64,000 bases of DNA from positions 2,358,001 through 2,422,000 of the forward strand of contig CM075996.1 in the NCBI GenBank assembly GCA_038087875.1. Reading direction: 5' to 3'. The notes beneath the pieces were generated by a model. The model was not told the DNA's origin. It was given only the letters and a program-made list of their open reading frames with translations, and ran no database searches. The DNA is from Malacoraja senta (Eukaryota). This document shows positions 47,201 through 61,378 of this stretch, in pieces. How positions within the stretch are numbered: the first letter of the stretch is position 1; each line of letters begins with the position of its first letter. The position numbers and the translations under genes were made by a program.

Positions 47201-50200
47201 GCTGATCCAGCAAATAGCAAAACTTGACAAACTCTGTCCGAAAACACACAAAAAAACTAACGGAGACATCTCACGTTGTCTTTGCGAGGATGTAAATATC
47301 TTTAAACAAGAAATGAAATGGAGCTGGATACAACCTCGATAGTTCCCATTTCATCTTATTATTTAAGGATCGCATGGGCCACGGCTTGGGTCTGGGACTC
47401 ACACACACACACACACACACACAGAGTTGGTGCATCCATTGTGTCCGAGTCTGCTTCAGGAATTGTGTGAGACTGAGGGTCCCTGTGAACCTACCCCCTC
47501 TTCCCTCCCTCTCTCGCTCCACCCCCCAAGTAGGGTTTTTGGGGGAAGAGGAGCAGACTGGCACCGTTTGGCCACGAGAAGATTCAGCAGAACCCTCTTC
47601 CTCTGTGCGCAGGCAACTCTGTGGAGTGGGTTGGCCTCGGGACAAGTGGAAGAGACGGGCCCGACCAAGCAGGTCCAATCTTCTTTGCTTCTCGTGTTGG
47701 CGACACTGCAAGATGTCGGAGCCAGTCCTATTTTATGCAAAACCTCGCCACGTCCTGGCTACATACTGGACACAAGCACAAACCATCAACCTGTACTGGC
47801 GAGCGAAGGAATGAAATTCAGCTGCTGTTTCGAAAACTCACGAGGCATTTCAGATGTTAATTCCCCCCCCCCCCCCCTCCCCTCCATCGCTTGATCCAGG
47901 AACCCACTTTCAGATTTTGTGTTTCAATTCTGGAAGGATTTTTCTTTGGACTCTCTGCTGCACGACACTGTGGACAGCTTCCCATTAAGAGTGGTGTGGG
48001 GTGGGGACCCGAGCAAGAATACATTTTTGTAGCTCTGCATTCTGAATAGTAGGTTGGGACACTCAGATCTCTGGTCTGCATCGTACAGCAGGTGGAGTCA
48101 GGTTTGGAGGGATATGGACCAAACGCGGGCAGGTGGGACTAGTGTAGCTGGGACATGTTGGCCGGTGTAGGCAAGTTGGGCCGAAGGGCCTGTTCCCACA
48201 CTGTATCACTCTATGACTCTAAGTCTGGCTCTGGCGCCTTTGTGTTGGAAGGAACTGCAGACGCTGGTTTTCCTCGAAGATGGACACAAACTGCTGGAGT
48301 AACTCAGCGGGACAGGCAGCATCTCTGGTGAGAAGGATTGGGTGACGTTTCAGGTCTTAAAACGACCCAAGACGTCACCCATTCCTTCCATCCAGAGATG
48401 CTGCCTGTCCCGCTGAGTTACTCCAGCATTTTGTGTCTATTTTCTGGTGCCCATGTTGGGAACACAGGGCACTCTAAGTCATGGTCTGATGGAATCCCAG
48501 AGCAGTCCTACAACTTCCAAAAGGCTCATTTTTTCCCCCTCACATTTTCCCCTTCGAGCCACAGGGCTGCAACAGTAGAAGAAAGAAATAGGCAAAATGG
48601 TGGATAAAGGAGAATAACATGACATCTATCTCTTGCCCAGAGTAGGTGAATCGAGGACTAGAGGACATAAGGTGAAGGGGAAAAGATTTAATAGGTACCT
48701 GAGGGGTAATATTTTCACACAGTGAGTGGTGGGTGCATGGAACAAGCTGCCAGAGGAGGTAGTTGAGGCAGCGACTATCCCAACAGGGACAGGTTTGGAG
48801 GGATATGGGCCAAACGCGGGCAGGTGGGACTAGTGTAGCTGGGACATGTTGGCTAGTGTGGGCAAGTTGGGCCGAAGGGCCTGTTTCCACGCCATATCAC
48901 TATGACGTGGGAGCGGTGGTACAAGCCTGAAGTTTTCCCACGGTGAGTTGCTGTGTTTTAGACTCCATTTGATTTCCCTCTTTGTTCAATTTAAGGCACA
49001 AACGACGCTAATCCCATTGGGGATGTTTAAAAATAAATGGAGACGCAAGGAACTGCAGATGCTGGAATCTGGAGCAAGAAACAGAGTGCTGGAGTAACTC
49101 AGCGGGTCAGGTAGCATCTCTGGAGAACATGGACAGTCTGAAGAAGGGTCCCGATGTAAAACATCGCCTGTCTATTCCTTCCACAGATGAGGCCTGACAG
49201 GCTGTGTTACTCCAGCCATTTTGAGTTTTGTTAAAAGAGGGATGTTGAGGGCTCTGGGCAAAAGCAAGATGCAGACCATGACTGGATCTGTCTGTGTAGG
49301 AAGGATCTGCAGATGCTGGTTTACACTGGACACAAAATGCTGGAGTAACTCGGCGGGACAGGCGGCATCTCTGGAGAAAAGGAATGGGCGACGTTTCGGG
49401 TCGAGACCCTTCTTCAGTTGCTGCCTCAAGTCAGTCCCTGAAATAGTAACCATTCCAATGCAGGCTGGAGCAAGAGCATCAACAGAATTCGATGAGCTGG
49501 GGAGGGGGGGGGGGGGGGGGGGGTCCTAGTGTACTTTCATATTTATTTCAATATTTATTTCAATAGTTGTTGGTAACCAATGCGGATAACAGAGACCTTC
49601 TTCACAAGTTAAGAGAGTTCACCATCGATCTCCACGCCAACCAGAATGAGCCGTTCCCGTTGAGACCTGGTGGGTCAAGATGGCATGGTGGAATCCCCCT
49701 GATCAATGCAGAGATTACTCACTCAGCACAAACATCAGAAACATTCATACCATTTGAAAATCTTTCAACCCCCCCCCCCTCCTCCAAATACTGCTCCTTC
49801 CCAATTCCACCCTCTCCCTCGCTGGTCAATAGACAATAGACAATAGGTGCAGGAGTAGGCCATTTGGTCCTTCGAGCCAGCACCGCCATTCAATGTGATC
49901 ATGGCTGATCATCCCCAATCAGTACCCCGTTCCTGCCTTCTCCCCATATCCCCTGACTCCGTTATCTTTAAGAGCCCTATCTAGCTCCCTCTTGAAAGCA
50001 TCCAGAGAGGCGGCCTCCAACGCCCTCTGAGGCAGAGAATTCCACAGAGGTCCTTGTTGGGTGGGCTTTATCTACTCGGCATGGAGACCAAAGGTTCATG
50101 CATCCACCTCAATCTGACCCTCCCTGCATTATGCTGGACGGTAAGCAGGAGGCTGAAGATAGGAGATGCGGGCAGAGAGGATTCCCCCAATGAACACGCA

Positions 50201-51277
50201 GAATACTTTTGTTTAAGAAGGAACTGCAGATGCTGGAAAATCGAAGGTAGACAAAAATGCTGGAGGAACTCAGCGGGTGAGGCAGCATCTAGATGCTGCC
50301 TCACCCGCTGAGTTTCTCCAGCATTTTTGTCTACCTTCGATTTTCCAGCATCTGCAGTTCCTTCTTAAACAAAAGTATCTAGATGCTGCCTCACCCGCTG
50401 AGTTTCTCCAGCATTTTTGTCTACCCAGAATACTTTCCCTGTTTCTTTCCACCCAGAGAGTTGTGAATCTGTGGAATTCTCTGCCACAGAAGGCAGTGGA
50501 GGCCCAATTTACTGGATGTATTCAAGAGAGAGATAGATAAAGCTCTGAGTGCTAACTGAATCAAGGGATATGGGGAGAAAGCAGGAACGGGGTACTGACT
50601 GTGGATGATCAGCCATGATCACATTGAATGGCGATGCTGCCTCAAAGGGGCGAATGGCCTACTCCCGCACCTATTTTCTATAATTGAGATTGACCACTAA
50701 CTATAGGCCCTAGATAAAAGGTGCAGGAGTAGGCTATTCAGCCCCATGAAGCCAGCACCGCCATTCGCTGCGATCATGGCTGATCATCCCCAATCAGTAC
50801 CCCGTTCCTGCCTTCTCACCATATCCCCTGACTCCACTATCTTTAACAGCTCTATCTAAGTAAATTAGATTGTTGGAATATCTCGGAGACCCCAGGGATT
50901 TTTGTGACACGACCTTATCCTTCCGGGGTTTCTCTAAATTGCCCTGCTCTGCTCTGCCCTTTTCCCCTCAGGATTTCCGGTGGATTTTTGCGGGAAGCTC
51001 CAGAAATCACGAAGGAAGCCAGTGTTTGGAGTGGGAAGCTAATCCCTTCTTGCTCCAAGGCTAAGGCAACAGGTCATAAACTGAACCCCTGGGGGAGGCT
51101 ATTTGGCCCATCAAACCTTACCTTTCCCCTAGCGATTTGCAGTCCTGTGAATGTGCCCTCCATTAGACCAGAAGCGAATGGTCTGGTTTGGACAATTGAA
51201 GCATTTCACCTTGACCATAACCCAGGTTGCTGCCGAAATAGAACCTCCATTCTCCTCTCCACGCTGTCAACCATTAG

Positions 51278-51562
51278 CCCCAGCCCCCCCACAACATCCA
51301 CCCAGCACCCCCACAACCCATCCCCTCCCACAACCCATCCCCTCCCACAACCCCATCCTATCCCCCCCACCCCCACCATCCACCCATACCCCCAACCCAC
51401 CCACCCCCCACCCCCACCATCCACCCATACCCCCAACCCCCCCCCACTATCCACCCCCCAACCCACCCACCCCCCACCCCCACCATCCACCCATACCCCC
51501 CAACCCACCCCCACCCACTTACCCCCCCACCCCACTCACTCAACCCCACCCCACACCCACCC
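51278..51562. repeat. C-rich (CCCA) low-complexity repeat; G-quadruplex-prone on the minus strand
   Basis: Many runs of three or more C, with a tandem ~60-bp duplication. Confidence 0.85.
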
Positions 51563-52339
51563 ATTACATAGAACAGCACAGCACAGGAGCAAGCCCTGCG
51601 GCCCACAACGCCTGTGCCAAACATTTTGCCCAGAGCAACTCATATCTGCCTGCACATAATCCATATCCTCCCATTCCCTGTACATCCAAGTCTCTTAAAT
51701 GCCACCATCTTATCTACGTTACATCTATTGGTAGAGACTGAGGTACCTGGGGATCGGGTCAAAGGGAAGAAAATCTACACAGTCCCAACAGCAAGTCCTC
51801 CAAACCCCCCCCCCCCCCCCCCCACCTCGCCCCACTCCCTAAAAACATTTGACAGCAACACTGGTAGCTCAGAAGACTAAACCTTTCCTCAACACTAGTA
51901 GTTGGGCTTAGCTGGGGGAAGGTTTGCACATCAGAGAGTGGACGTTTAAACTCAAGGCTGGAAAAAAACAAAGCATTTATTCTTCCGTGTGTGAATCTGC
52001 CACCAATATTTTTTTTTCCTCTAATACTCCTTCCAGGTTATAGTTCGGTACGTTGAATGCTTGTATGTACACAATGTCCATGTGTGTGTTTATTATGTTT
52101 TAAGTTATAATATGCAGTAAAGCTGAATATGCTGTACCATCTGTTCCAGAGGTACTGCACTGCACTCAAAGAATTACTAGTCTGCTCCAGAAGACTTGAC
52201 AACAGCGGGACGCTTACATGCAAACTGGGATTTTTTGACCGCCATAATTATTTTCTTCAACTCCATCAATATAATACTTCATCAATTGAACAAACCTGTA
52301 AATTTGTATATGAATTTAGTGGGCTAGTTTAAATTAACA

Positions 52340-52345
52340 AATAAA
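52340..52345 (+). terminator. Candidate poly(A) signal of the BRSK gene
   Basis: AATAAA at the end of an AU-rich, repeat-free block (51960-52350) containing TGTA motifs. Confidence 0.45.
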
Positions 52346-53645
52346 GTCATATACGAGAATTGTCGGGCTAATTTTTCTAATTTTATTATAAGCAAAGTTC
52401 AAACCGCACAAATTTCAACTACACACTGGTGGAATGCAAAACAGTCTTACTGTGCCAGTGTGGTGCAGGCAAACACCACACAGTGGTTTAGTTTAGTTTA
52501 GAGATACAGCGCGGAAACAGGCCCTTTGGCCCACCGAGTCCGCACCGACCAGCGATCCCCGCACACTAGGGACAATTTACAATTTTTTACCGCAGCCAAA
52601 TTAACCTGCATACCTGCACGTCTTTGGCATGTGGGAGAAAACCGGGGAAAGCCCATGCAGGTCACGGGGTGAACATACAAACTCCGTACAGACAGCACCC
52701 GTAGTCAGGATCGAACCCGGGCCTCTGGCGCTGTGAGGCAGCAACTCTACCGTGGCACCCAATGCTCAGAAATGACAGGATATGATACAGGAATCATTAA
52801 AACAGTTGGTGGCTCTCAGTGAAAAAGCAAGCATGATGATGCCACGCAAATACCTGATGCTAATAAAAATCTGTAATATAATTTAGGCGATGCATGCTAG
52901 ATTCCTAATGTGAGGAAGGACAGCCTTGTGATTGAGGCAGTGCAGCGTAGGTTCACGAGATCGATCCCTGGGATGGCGGGACTGTCATATGAGGAAAGAT
53001 TGAAAAGACTAGGTTTGTATTCACTGGAGTTTAGAGGGATGAGGGGGGATCTTATAGAAACATATAAAATTATAAAAGGACTGGACAAGCTAGATGCAGG
53101 AAAAAATGTTCCCAATGCTGGGCGAGTCCAGAACCAGGGGCCACACAGTCTTAGAATAAAGGGGAGGCCATTTAGGACTGAGGTGAGAAAAAAACGTTTT
53201 CACCCAGAGTTGTGAATTTGTGGAATTCCCTGCCACAGAGGGCAGTGGAGGCCAAGTCACTGGATGGATTTAAGAGAGAGTTAGATAGAGCTCTAGGGGC
53301 TGGTGGAATCAAGGGATATGGGGAGAAGGCAGGCACGGGTTATTGATTGGGGATGATCAGCCATGATCACAATGAATGGCGGGGCTGGCTCCAAGGGCCA
53401 AATGGCCTCCTCCTGCACCTATTTTCTATGTTCTATCCCTTTAAGGGTGCAGGTTTTTCCCTGTTACGTCAACACATGATGAATCATTGACTGGGTTGCT
53501 CTTTCGCATTATATTACACCTCTAACATTAACATGGGGCAGGAACATTCAGAAGATGCAAATCTATCAAACAGCCGGATTATAAATACGGAAATTTGTTT
53601 AAAAAAGACAAACAAAAGGCACAGACATTCAGTAAATGTTATTCT

Positions 53646-53651
53646 TTTATT
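53646..53651 (-). terminator. Candidate poly(A) signal of the MOB2-like gene
   Basis: TTTATT on the plus strand at the distal edge of a long, mostly unique block extending from the MOB2 stop. Confidence 0.45.
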
Positions 53652-56513
53652 TTACGATTTCTTGTCGTGAAATGCAATGTGAGATATTAAGAAGTTATAT
53701 TACATCCAGTATTGACAGACTATTAGAGGGCTTCCCATAAATTAACAACTCATTACAGCAACAAGCTAGCACCATCAGTTGTACATTGAACTGAAGACAT
53801 CCCTTTTGGTCAAAGATCATATCTTTGCTTTTGGTTTGGAGCAGACAGCTTGTATGCACACTTTCCTGTTCACCAATCATTAAGTGTGTCAGAGTGCCCC
53901 TGTGAACGACTCCCTTCACAACCGTCCAATAATCAAAGGTCCCTCACGACAAAGGAATAAAATCAAATGTCTACAAGAAATCAAATCAAATTATATGAAA
54001 CAAAAATAGGCTGCAGCTTGCCTCTCTGTCTCGTTATACTGCTGCGCAAAGGTTTCGAGAAGTAATCAGCAGGAGAAATCAGATTATTCCAGTTCAAAGG
54101 CGAAATAAATCCTTACATCAACGCTCCATTAGCTGAGCCAGTGAGATCAAGAATGGTGCTTTCCTTCGAGAATGAGGTGATCCTGTTCGCTTGCTGCCTG
54201 TGTGTACCCAAAGCCAGCCGTGCTGGGGGGGAAGGGAAGGGAGGGAGCTCAACTCACATCGCAGGTCAAGGGCTCCATCCAGCCAAGCAGCCTGGCAGTG
54301 AACACCACCCGGACACCGGATCCAAGCATTCATACGCTTCAAAAGTCTGCTATCCAAAAGAAAGTCTGCTGGGCTTCAGAACGCCCGAGACTGGCTTCAC
54401 TGCAGATCACTCCAGATTATATTAGCAGTTCAACGTGGTCTATATCCATCCTGTCTTTGACCCGTAACTGAGATGACTACACTGGCCATGCACGCCATCT
54501 CACACACAGCCTGCGACTACTGGTAAGTTCTAGGTCCTCCAAAATATTCCAAATGGAATTTAAACTGGAGGTGACCAAGACCTCAGCTCGGCACATAAAT
54601 TAAAAACAAATTTAAAAGTTTAACACGAAAGTCCTGCACTAGCTAAAACGCACAGTGGGCCCAGAAGGGAGGTTATCATGCACAATACAACACAATAAAA
54701 CCGTGGCGTCAGGCAACATAACTCAGTCATTCCTGCTGCAGCTCTCGTGAATTCAGCCAGACACGGATTTTTGCTTTGCAATCTCGCCTCAAGTGTTCTG
54801 TCCTCACTGCTCCTACAATTGACGTGTAAATTGTCTTTTCCCCGACCCTCTACCACACAAAAAATAAAACATGTTGAGATACCCAAGCTGCAAAAACCTT
54901 TCCTACACCCAAAGCAGACAGTTCCTCCCCTCCCCAAACCTCTTCCTTTCAACTGCTTCTCGCTTGAGATGGCAACAGCCATCCATTTTAGGAGAGGGAC
55001 CTAGGAACTACTCGCTTCCCTTGTGCTTGTCCTGAGGCTGTCTCAGTGGGCCTGCTGTACACAGCAAACCTACATCCTCCAGAATCAACCACGCTGTCAC
55101 CTAGGTTTGCTTTTTTAAAAGAAAACCCCCCCAACAGGTTTTGCAAAGAGAAAGCACTTGCTAGCTGCTGTACTCCTAACATTCCGAATTACAATCCTCC
55201 TAGACCTATTGTAGCGTAATATGCAAAGGTAAAATGGTGCTCATGGATGCTCTGAGTTCATAGCTCGTCACTCACTCCCCGGGACTGTTTTCTGTTCCAA
55301 TGAAAACAGAGGGAAAAGAAAGACAGCATGCCAACATAAATAGTATCTGAACTCAAGAGGAAAAGAAACAAAAAACTACTAGCAGTCATTTTTTTTTTAT
55401 ATAGCTGCTGCGGATGTTCTTAAATATCTTATGGTCACCCTAAAGATAGCCTTACCGAGGAGGAAATTACGGTAAATGTCATTAAAATGTCATTTCACTG
55501 TTCTGTCCTTTAAAAGTGGTGGAAACAAAAAATATAAATGCAACCTGCGGCAGCCACTCCCAGCGAGGGACAAGGGTAGACATCTCACCTGGTCAGTTTT
55601 ACCAGGATTGCACAGATTTCCCTTCCCGAGACAGAGTTAACATATGATGAGCGTTTGTCGGCACTGGGCCTGTACTCGCTGGAATTTAGAAGAATGAGGG
55701 GGAGCTGATGGAAACGTATCGAATAGCGAAAGGCTTCGATCGAGTGGATGTGGAGAGAATGTTTCTACTAGTGGGAGACTCTGGGACTAGAGGTCACAGC
55801 CTCAGAATTAAAGGACATTCCTTTAGGAAGGAGATGAGGAGGAATTTCTTTAGTCAGAGGATGGTGAATCTGTGGAATTCATTGCCACAGAAGGCTGTGG
55901 AGGCCAAGTCAGTGGATATTTTTACGGCAGAGATAGATAGATTCTTGATTAGTACGGGTGTCAGGGATTATGGGGAGAAGGCAGGAGAATGGGGTTGGGA
56001 GGGAGAGATAGATCAGCCATGATTGAATGGTGGAGTAGACTTGATGGGCCGAATGGCCTAATTCTGCTCCTATCACTTATGACCTAATGAGTTCTTCACT
56101 GTCGACTTACTGAGAGTCGTGTGTCACCATCACAGCTTCAAACACCAAGAGTTGTCATTACAATAATAGCTGATTTGCTCATCCCTGGTCACTGATTTCT
56201 TTCCCAGAGTACAAGTTACACCAACGTGGTATTGGTTTGTGTGTGTACACCCCTAATCACAGCCAGTGAAAACAAAAAAACTTTCCAGACCAGCAGACAA
56301 AGCATTGGCAAATTTCATTGACTTCAGTGGATTCCAATTTTAGCCCAAACGCAAAATCTGGGTCCCACTTCAGATTGAAGGAAAATGGGTGGGTTTTTAC
56401 AATGATAGACACTAACGTCACAACACTGCTCGCTGCAACGCTGCTCTAGTGGGATTGGCCTAGCTAGTTCACACAAAGGCCACCTCACAGAAACCTGACA
56501 AAACAAATGAGAT

Positions 56514-56985
56514 GTGTAGGAAGGAACTGCAGATGCTGGTTTAAACCGAAGATAGACACAAATAGCTGGAGTAACTCAGCGGGTCAGACAGTACCTCATA
56601 TTTCGCTTGGGCAGCTTACAACCCAGCTGTGTTAATATTGACTTCTCTAACTTCTAGTAACCCTTGCATACCCCCCCCCCCCTCTCTCTCCATCCCTCCT
56701 CCACCCAAGGCGTACCAGCTTCAAAGCCTTCTTGTTGAGTCTTTGTCTGTAACTTGTTTTCACCTAACACACATCTAACAATGGCCTCTCTCCATGATCA
56801 TCGTTACTTTTTTGCACATCTTTCATTCTCTATCTCTCTCTCGACATCGCCGTCTGTATCTCTCGTTTCCCTTCGCCCCGACTCTCAGTCTGAAGAAGGG
56901 TCTCGACCCGAAACGTCACCTTGTTCCTTTTCTCCAGGGATGCTGCCTGACCCGCTGAGTTATTCCAGCTTTTTGTGTCTATCTT
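56514..56985 (+). mobile_element. Truncated Penelope-like element: inverted pLTR piece, GIY-YIG C-terminus and pLTR with hammerhead motif
   Basis: LIFRLGSLQPSCVNIDFSNF-stop at about 56595-56657. CTGAAGA..GAAACGTC at 56890-56917. The 5' segment is the reverse complement of the 3' end. Confidence 0.8.
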
Positions 56986-58748
56986 CAAAGCAAATGAAAT
57001 GTTCTTTTCTAATGATTCATGACAGGAAAAAGAAAATAGTAAAATAGGGGAGACTCATTGAATGTATTTTAAAGGCCTTTTGAAATCTCAGGAAAATACC
57101 GCGTAAAGTTGCAGAAGCTACTGTCCATTAGATCCTCACCTCCTCTGTGACTATAGTGGGTCCCAGCCAAACAAGAAGTTCCGCTGGCTTCAATTAGTCT
57201 GTCGCTCACAATCTTAATAAGATTATGGCATTCAAAACCAACAAAAAAAATGTTTCTTGACCATTTCCCCACTACTCCCATCCACGCCACCTCTCACACC
57301 AAAGCATCCAGATGTAACCCAGGTGGAAAGGCTTGCACCTATACCCACGCCCCACCCAGGCGCTGTTTTTAAACGCCATCGTGCTAAGTGTCAACTTGAA
57401 TCCCAGCCATGCAGGGACAAGAAGCAAAACTCATACAAACACGTTGCAAACCCAGAGGCACAGGCGGGAGGCAACTCACACGCACGGTCCTTGATCACTC
57501 GTCAGCAGAATCACTTCATCGGCCCATCGCATCACTCCCAGGTCAGTAGTGTAGTACATTAATACAAAAATAAAAGAACTCTCAGCAGTCTCAAACGGTC
57601 ACCCCCGGAACCTGGCCCAGAGCACCCACCAGCTGCAGCTGAACGAACTGGGCGGCACCCAACAACCTCACTAATGGTGAGCGGGAGGTGGTAAAATGCC
57701 ACACCGTAGCAGCAGCAGCTACCCGATACCAAGGCACGGAGTTGGGAGGGGGGGTCTGCGTTCTACAACTAATTAAGCCTCAGAGCAGTTGTCCGTAATA
57801 TAAAGCTCAGGGTTATTCTACCTCAATCAGAACAAATATTCACATCAAAAGGGAGTGAAACTATATTTCTGGGGGGGGGGGGGGGGAAGATTTTTTTTTT
57901 AGGTTACATGACCAATAGTGGTGGACCAGTGGATAGCTCGGGAAGATTTCATGCAGGAAATAAAACAAGCCATGGGAAGAAACCTCTGAACTGTTACTCT
58001 AGAATCTAGACGTCTAGATTTTCCTCGAAAGAGCTCACATGATGGCACCAAAAAATGATATATAAGGAATAAAAAGAGGAAGGGGCAGGAATAGCAGCGT
58101 GTCCCTTAAGCAGAAGCTGCCTCCAGCTCGGCTCTGAACATTACCCCAGGAACCCAGAACTATTAAGAACAAAAAAAAAACCCACACCTATACAACGGAA
58201 GTCTTTATATTCATTCCGCCCCCGTCACCCAAGGATCTCACCACTTGCATTTTTGCTCTGCCCGCAGATCTGCACCGGCTGTGCCACCCTCTGGGCACGG
58301 GAAGATCCAGTTTAAAGAAACTGGAGGCTTCGTCGTTGGCGTGGAGCAACGCCAGTTCGTTCATGAGTGCTGGCAGCGTTCAGAACTGGCAGCAAGCGAG
58401 TTATGGCAATTCTTCTGCGGAGGCGAGGGATCCCATCGCGCGCACACACACGCTCTGGGTTAGTTAAAGGGGTGGAGTGGTGGCGCGTATTAGAGGGGCC
58501 AAGTAGCTCTACCTGGAGCTTAATATTGTTCGACAAAGATGGCATTCAGAGAGGCTGTTAGAGGGGATAACTGTAGTACTTACTCCAGGGCGGGTTCAAC
58601 GTGGCCACCATTTTGGGCCAGTTGGATTAACTGATTTGTTGGTCACGTTTCACTTCAGCATTGCCATGGGCAACATGATCGTTGAAGCTATTATTCTTTC
58701 CACTAAAGAAAATATTTCTAACGCCCAGGATGTGCAGCGGCCGTCAGC

Positions 58749-59017
58749 TCATCTGTGGTTGACGTGGTTCTGGGGCTGAGGCGCACCGCTCAGGAGAACA
58801 TCCGTTAAGTCCCTCATCACGGCCGTCTCCTTGGGGTCGACGAGATTGAACTCCCTGACAAAGATGAGAAAGTGCGTGTACAAAGTGTTGAGGTGTGGGT
58901 GCAGTTCCAGGGCCACCACCTCTTTGAAGTGGGCGCAGTAGATGTGAGCAACAACGTGGAACAGGTAGCGACAGATCTTCTGAACGAGCGACTCAAAGGT
59001 ACTCGGGAACTCTTTAC
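58749..59017 (-). CDS. MOB2: MOB2-like last exon (GKEFPSTFESLVQKICRYLFHVVAHIYCAHFKE...QNHVNHR-stop)
   Basis: Acceptor tttttcccgacag, Zn-ligand HxxxxH motif, C-terminal QNHV as in MOB2. Confidence 0.95.
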
Positions 59018-60573
59018 CTGTCGGGAAAAATGGGAGACAGTTTCAGGAGGGTTCTTCCGGACAGTCACATGCACTGACACAATATGCCATGATGCCATGA
59101 TTGAATGGCGGAGTAGACCTGACGGGCCGAATGTCCTAATTCTGCTCCTATCACTGATGAACTCATGAATATTTTTAGCTAATTAAGTTATTTTTTAGCT
59201 AATTAAGTTATTACATTGGATGGAAGCTGCATACCAAATCTCGTTGTACCTCTGTGCAATGACAATAAAATATATTATTATATTATTATTATTATTATTA
59301 TATAGGTTGTTGGCAGGTCATAGAGTCATTGTGCATGGAAACAGGCCCTTCGGCCCAACTTGCCCATGCCAATCAAGGTACTCCAGCCTCACTAGTCCCA
59401 CCTGCCCACGTTTGGTCCATATCCCTCTAAACCTTCCCTATACATGTACCTGTCTAAATGTCTTTCAAATGTTGTTATAGTTTCTGCCTCAACTACCATC
59501 TTCGACAGCTCATCATTCCATATATATTCACCACCCTGTGTGTGGAAAAAGTTGCCCCTCTGATTCCTATGAAATCTTTCCCCTCCCACCTCAAACCTAT
59601 TTCCTGGGCATCTTTTGTCAAATGATGCAGAACAAAACACATTTCTTCCTTTCAATATGTGAATAAAAGAAGCATTTGGAAATGTCGGCATATTTTGGTT
59701 GATGACTGATTCACTAGCAGTAGCCCGAGGCAGTGGATTACACAAAAAATAAAAAGTATGATACAAAGACGAACCTCAAGCATACAAACTATTCTAATTT
59801 TGTCAAGGAACTGCAGATGCTCCCCGACTTACGCAAGAGGCAACTTACGTAAACACTTCAGGCAGTTTGTCATTTCCACAACACTGTACGATCTCTCAAG
59901 TTTACATCGGAAACAAGCCGGCAATGGCGGTGGTGCTTACCCAGAATGCCGCACGCTGCAGAAAGTGCCCCTGACGCAGCCATGAGACATGTAATATCCC
60001 AGCGAGGGACACAAAGTGCCGGAGTAACTCAGCGGGCCAGGCAGCACCTCAGGATAAGTCTGAGTCTGAAGAAGGGGTCTCGGCCCCGAAACGTCGCCTA
60101 TTTCCTTCGCTCCATAGATGCTGCTGCACCCGCTGAGTTTCTCCAGCACTTTTGTCTACTTCAGGATAACATGGGTAGGTGATGTTTTGGCTTCTTCACG
60201 CTCAGCAGAGTTATTTCGGGCAGGGGGGGGATGGTGATTCCGACGCCTAAAATCTGACGTGCGCAAAGGTTCATGGAAGGCGACTCTTACGTAAGTTCGG
60301 CAGTACCTGTATTGTGCCACCGAAAGTCACAATATAGCAGATTGACATTATTGAGGCACCATTCAGAAACTGTGGATATCACAACAGCACTTTTGTTCAT
60401 GGAGCTCATCTAAAGGTTAGTCATTGTTGAAGTATCATTACCAAATTGTGTACAACAATCTCCTGGAAACAGCAATGTGATAATTAACACATAATCTGCT
60501 CTGCAGTGATGTGCAGCTTAGGATACATATTAGTTAGGGGAGAGTAAGGACAGTAGACAATAGACAATAGTAG

Positions 60574-61378
60574 TAAGTAATCTCTTTATTGTCATTGCAC
60601 TATGGTACAATGACATTTAAAAGTCAATTCCACGGTGCGATTCACAAGAGCAATTTTAGATATATAAGAAAGGGTACAAAAATATACATATAAAAAGAAA
60701 AATTACAGCTAAATAACAATAGCAGCTGAGGTAGAACCATTCAGTTGAATGTGAGTGTTATTTCTTATTTTGCATTGTTAAGTTCACATATGGCTATGGG
60801 GCAGAAGCTGTCTCTGAGTCTGTTTGTGCGAGTTTTGAAAGACCTGTACCGTCTGCCAGAGGGCAGCAGGTGGAACAGGTTGTGTCCAGGGTGGGAAGGG
60901 TCCTTCAGGATGTTGGCTGCCCTGCCAAGGCAGCGAGAGCTGAAGATGTCCTTCAGGGAGGGCAGTGGGCAGCCAGTGATTTTTTTGTGCGGTGTTGATG
61001 ACCCTTTGAAGGGCTCTCCTGTCCGCTGCAGAGCAGCTGGCATACCATGTGGTTATACAGTACGCCAGCACACTCTCGATGGAGCAGCGGTAGAAGGACA
61101 CCAGCAGCTTCTCCTCCAGGTTGTTTTTCCTGAGGATCCTCAGAAAGTAGAGTCGCTGCTGGGCCTTCTTGACTGCTGTGGTGGTGTTTGTAGTCCAGGA
61201 GAGATCCTCCGTAATTTGTGTGCCCAGGAATCTGAAGTCTGAGACCCTTTCCACACAGTCCCCATTGATGAATAGGGGTTTGGGGGCTGCACTGTTCTTA
61301 CGGAAGTCTATGATCATTTCCTTTGTTTTTGTGGTGTTTAGGATGAGGTTGTTGTCTGAACACCACGCTGCCAGTCTT
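60574..61378 (-). mobile_element. Rex1/Babar-type LINE 3' fragment (frameshifted)
   Basis: WCSDNNLILNTTKTKEMIIDFRK...KKAQQRLYFLR...ILKDPSHPGHNLFHLLPSGRRYR, ending gacaataaa. Confidence 0.88.

Noticed and set aside
50904..51741. Long proline-rich ORFs (251 and 196 aa)
   Set aside because: Low-complexity C-rich repeat with no splice or homology support, inside the presumptive BRSK 3' UTR.
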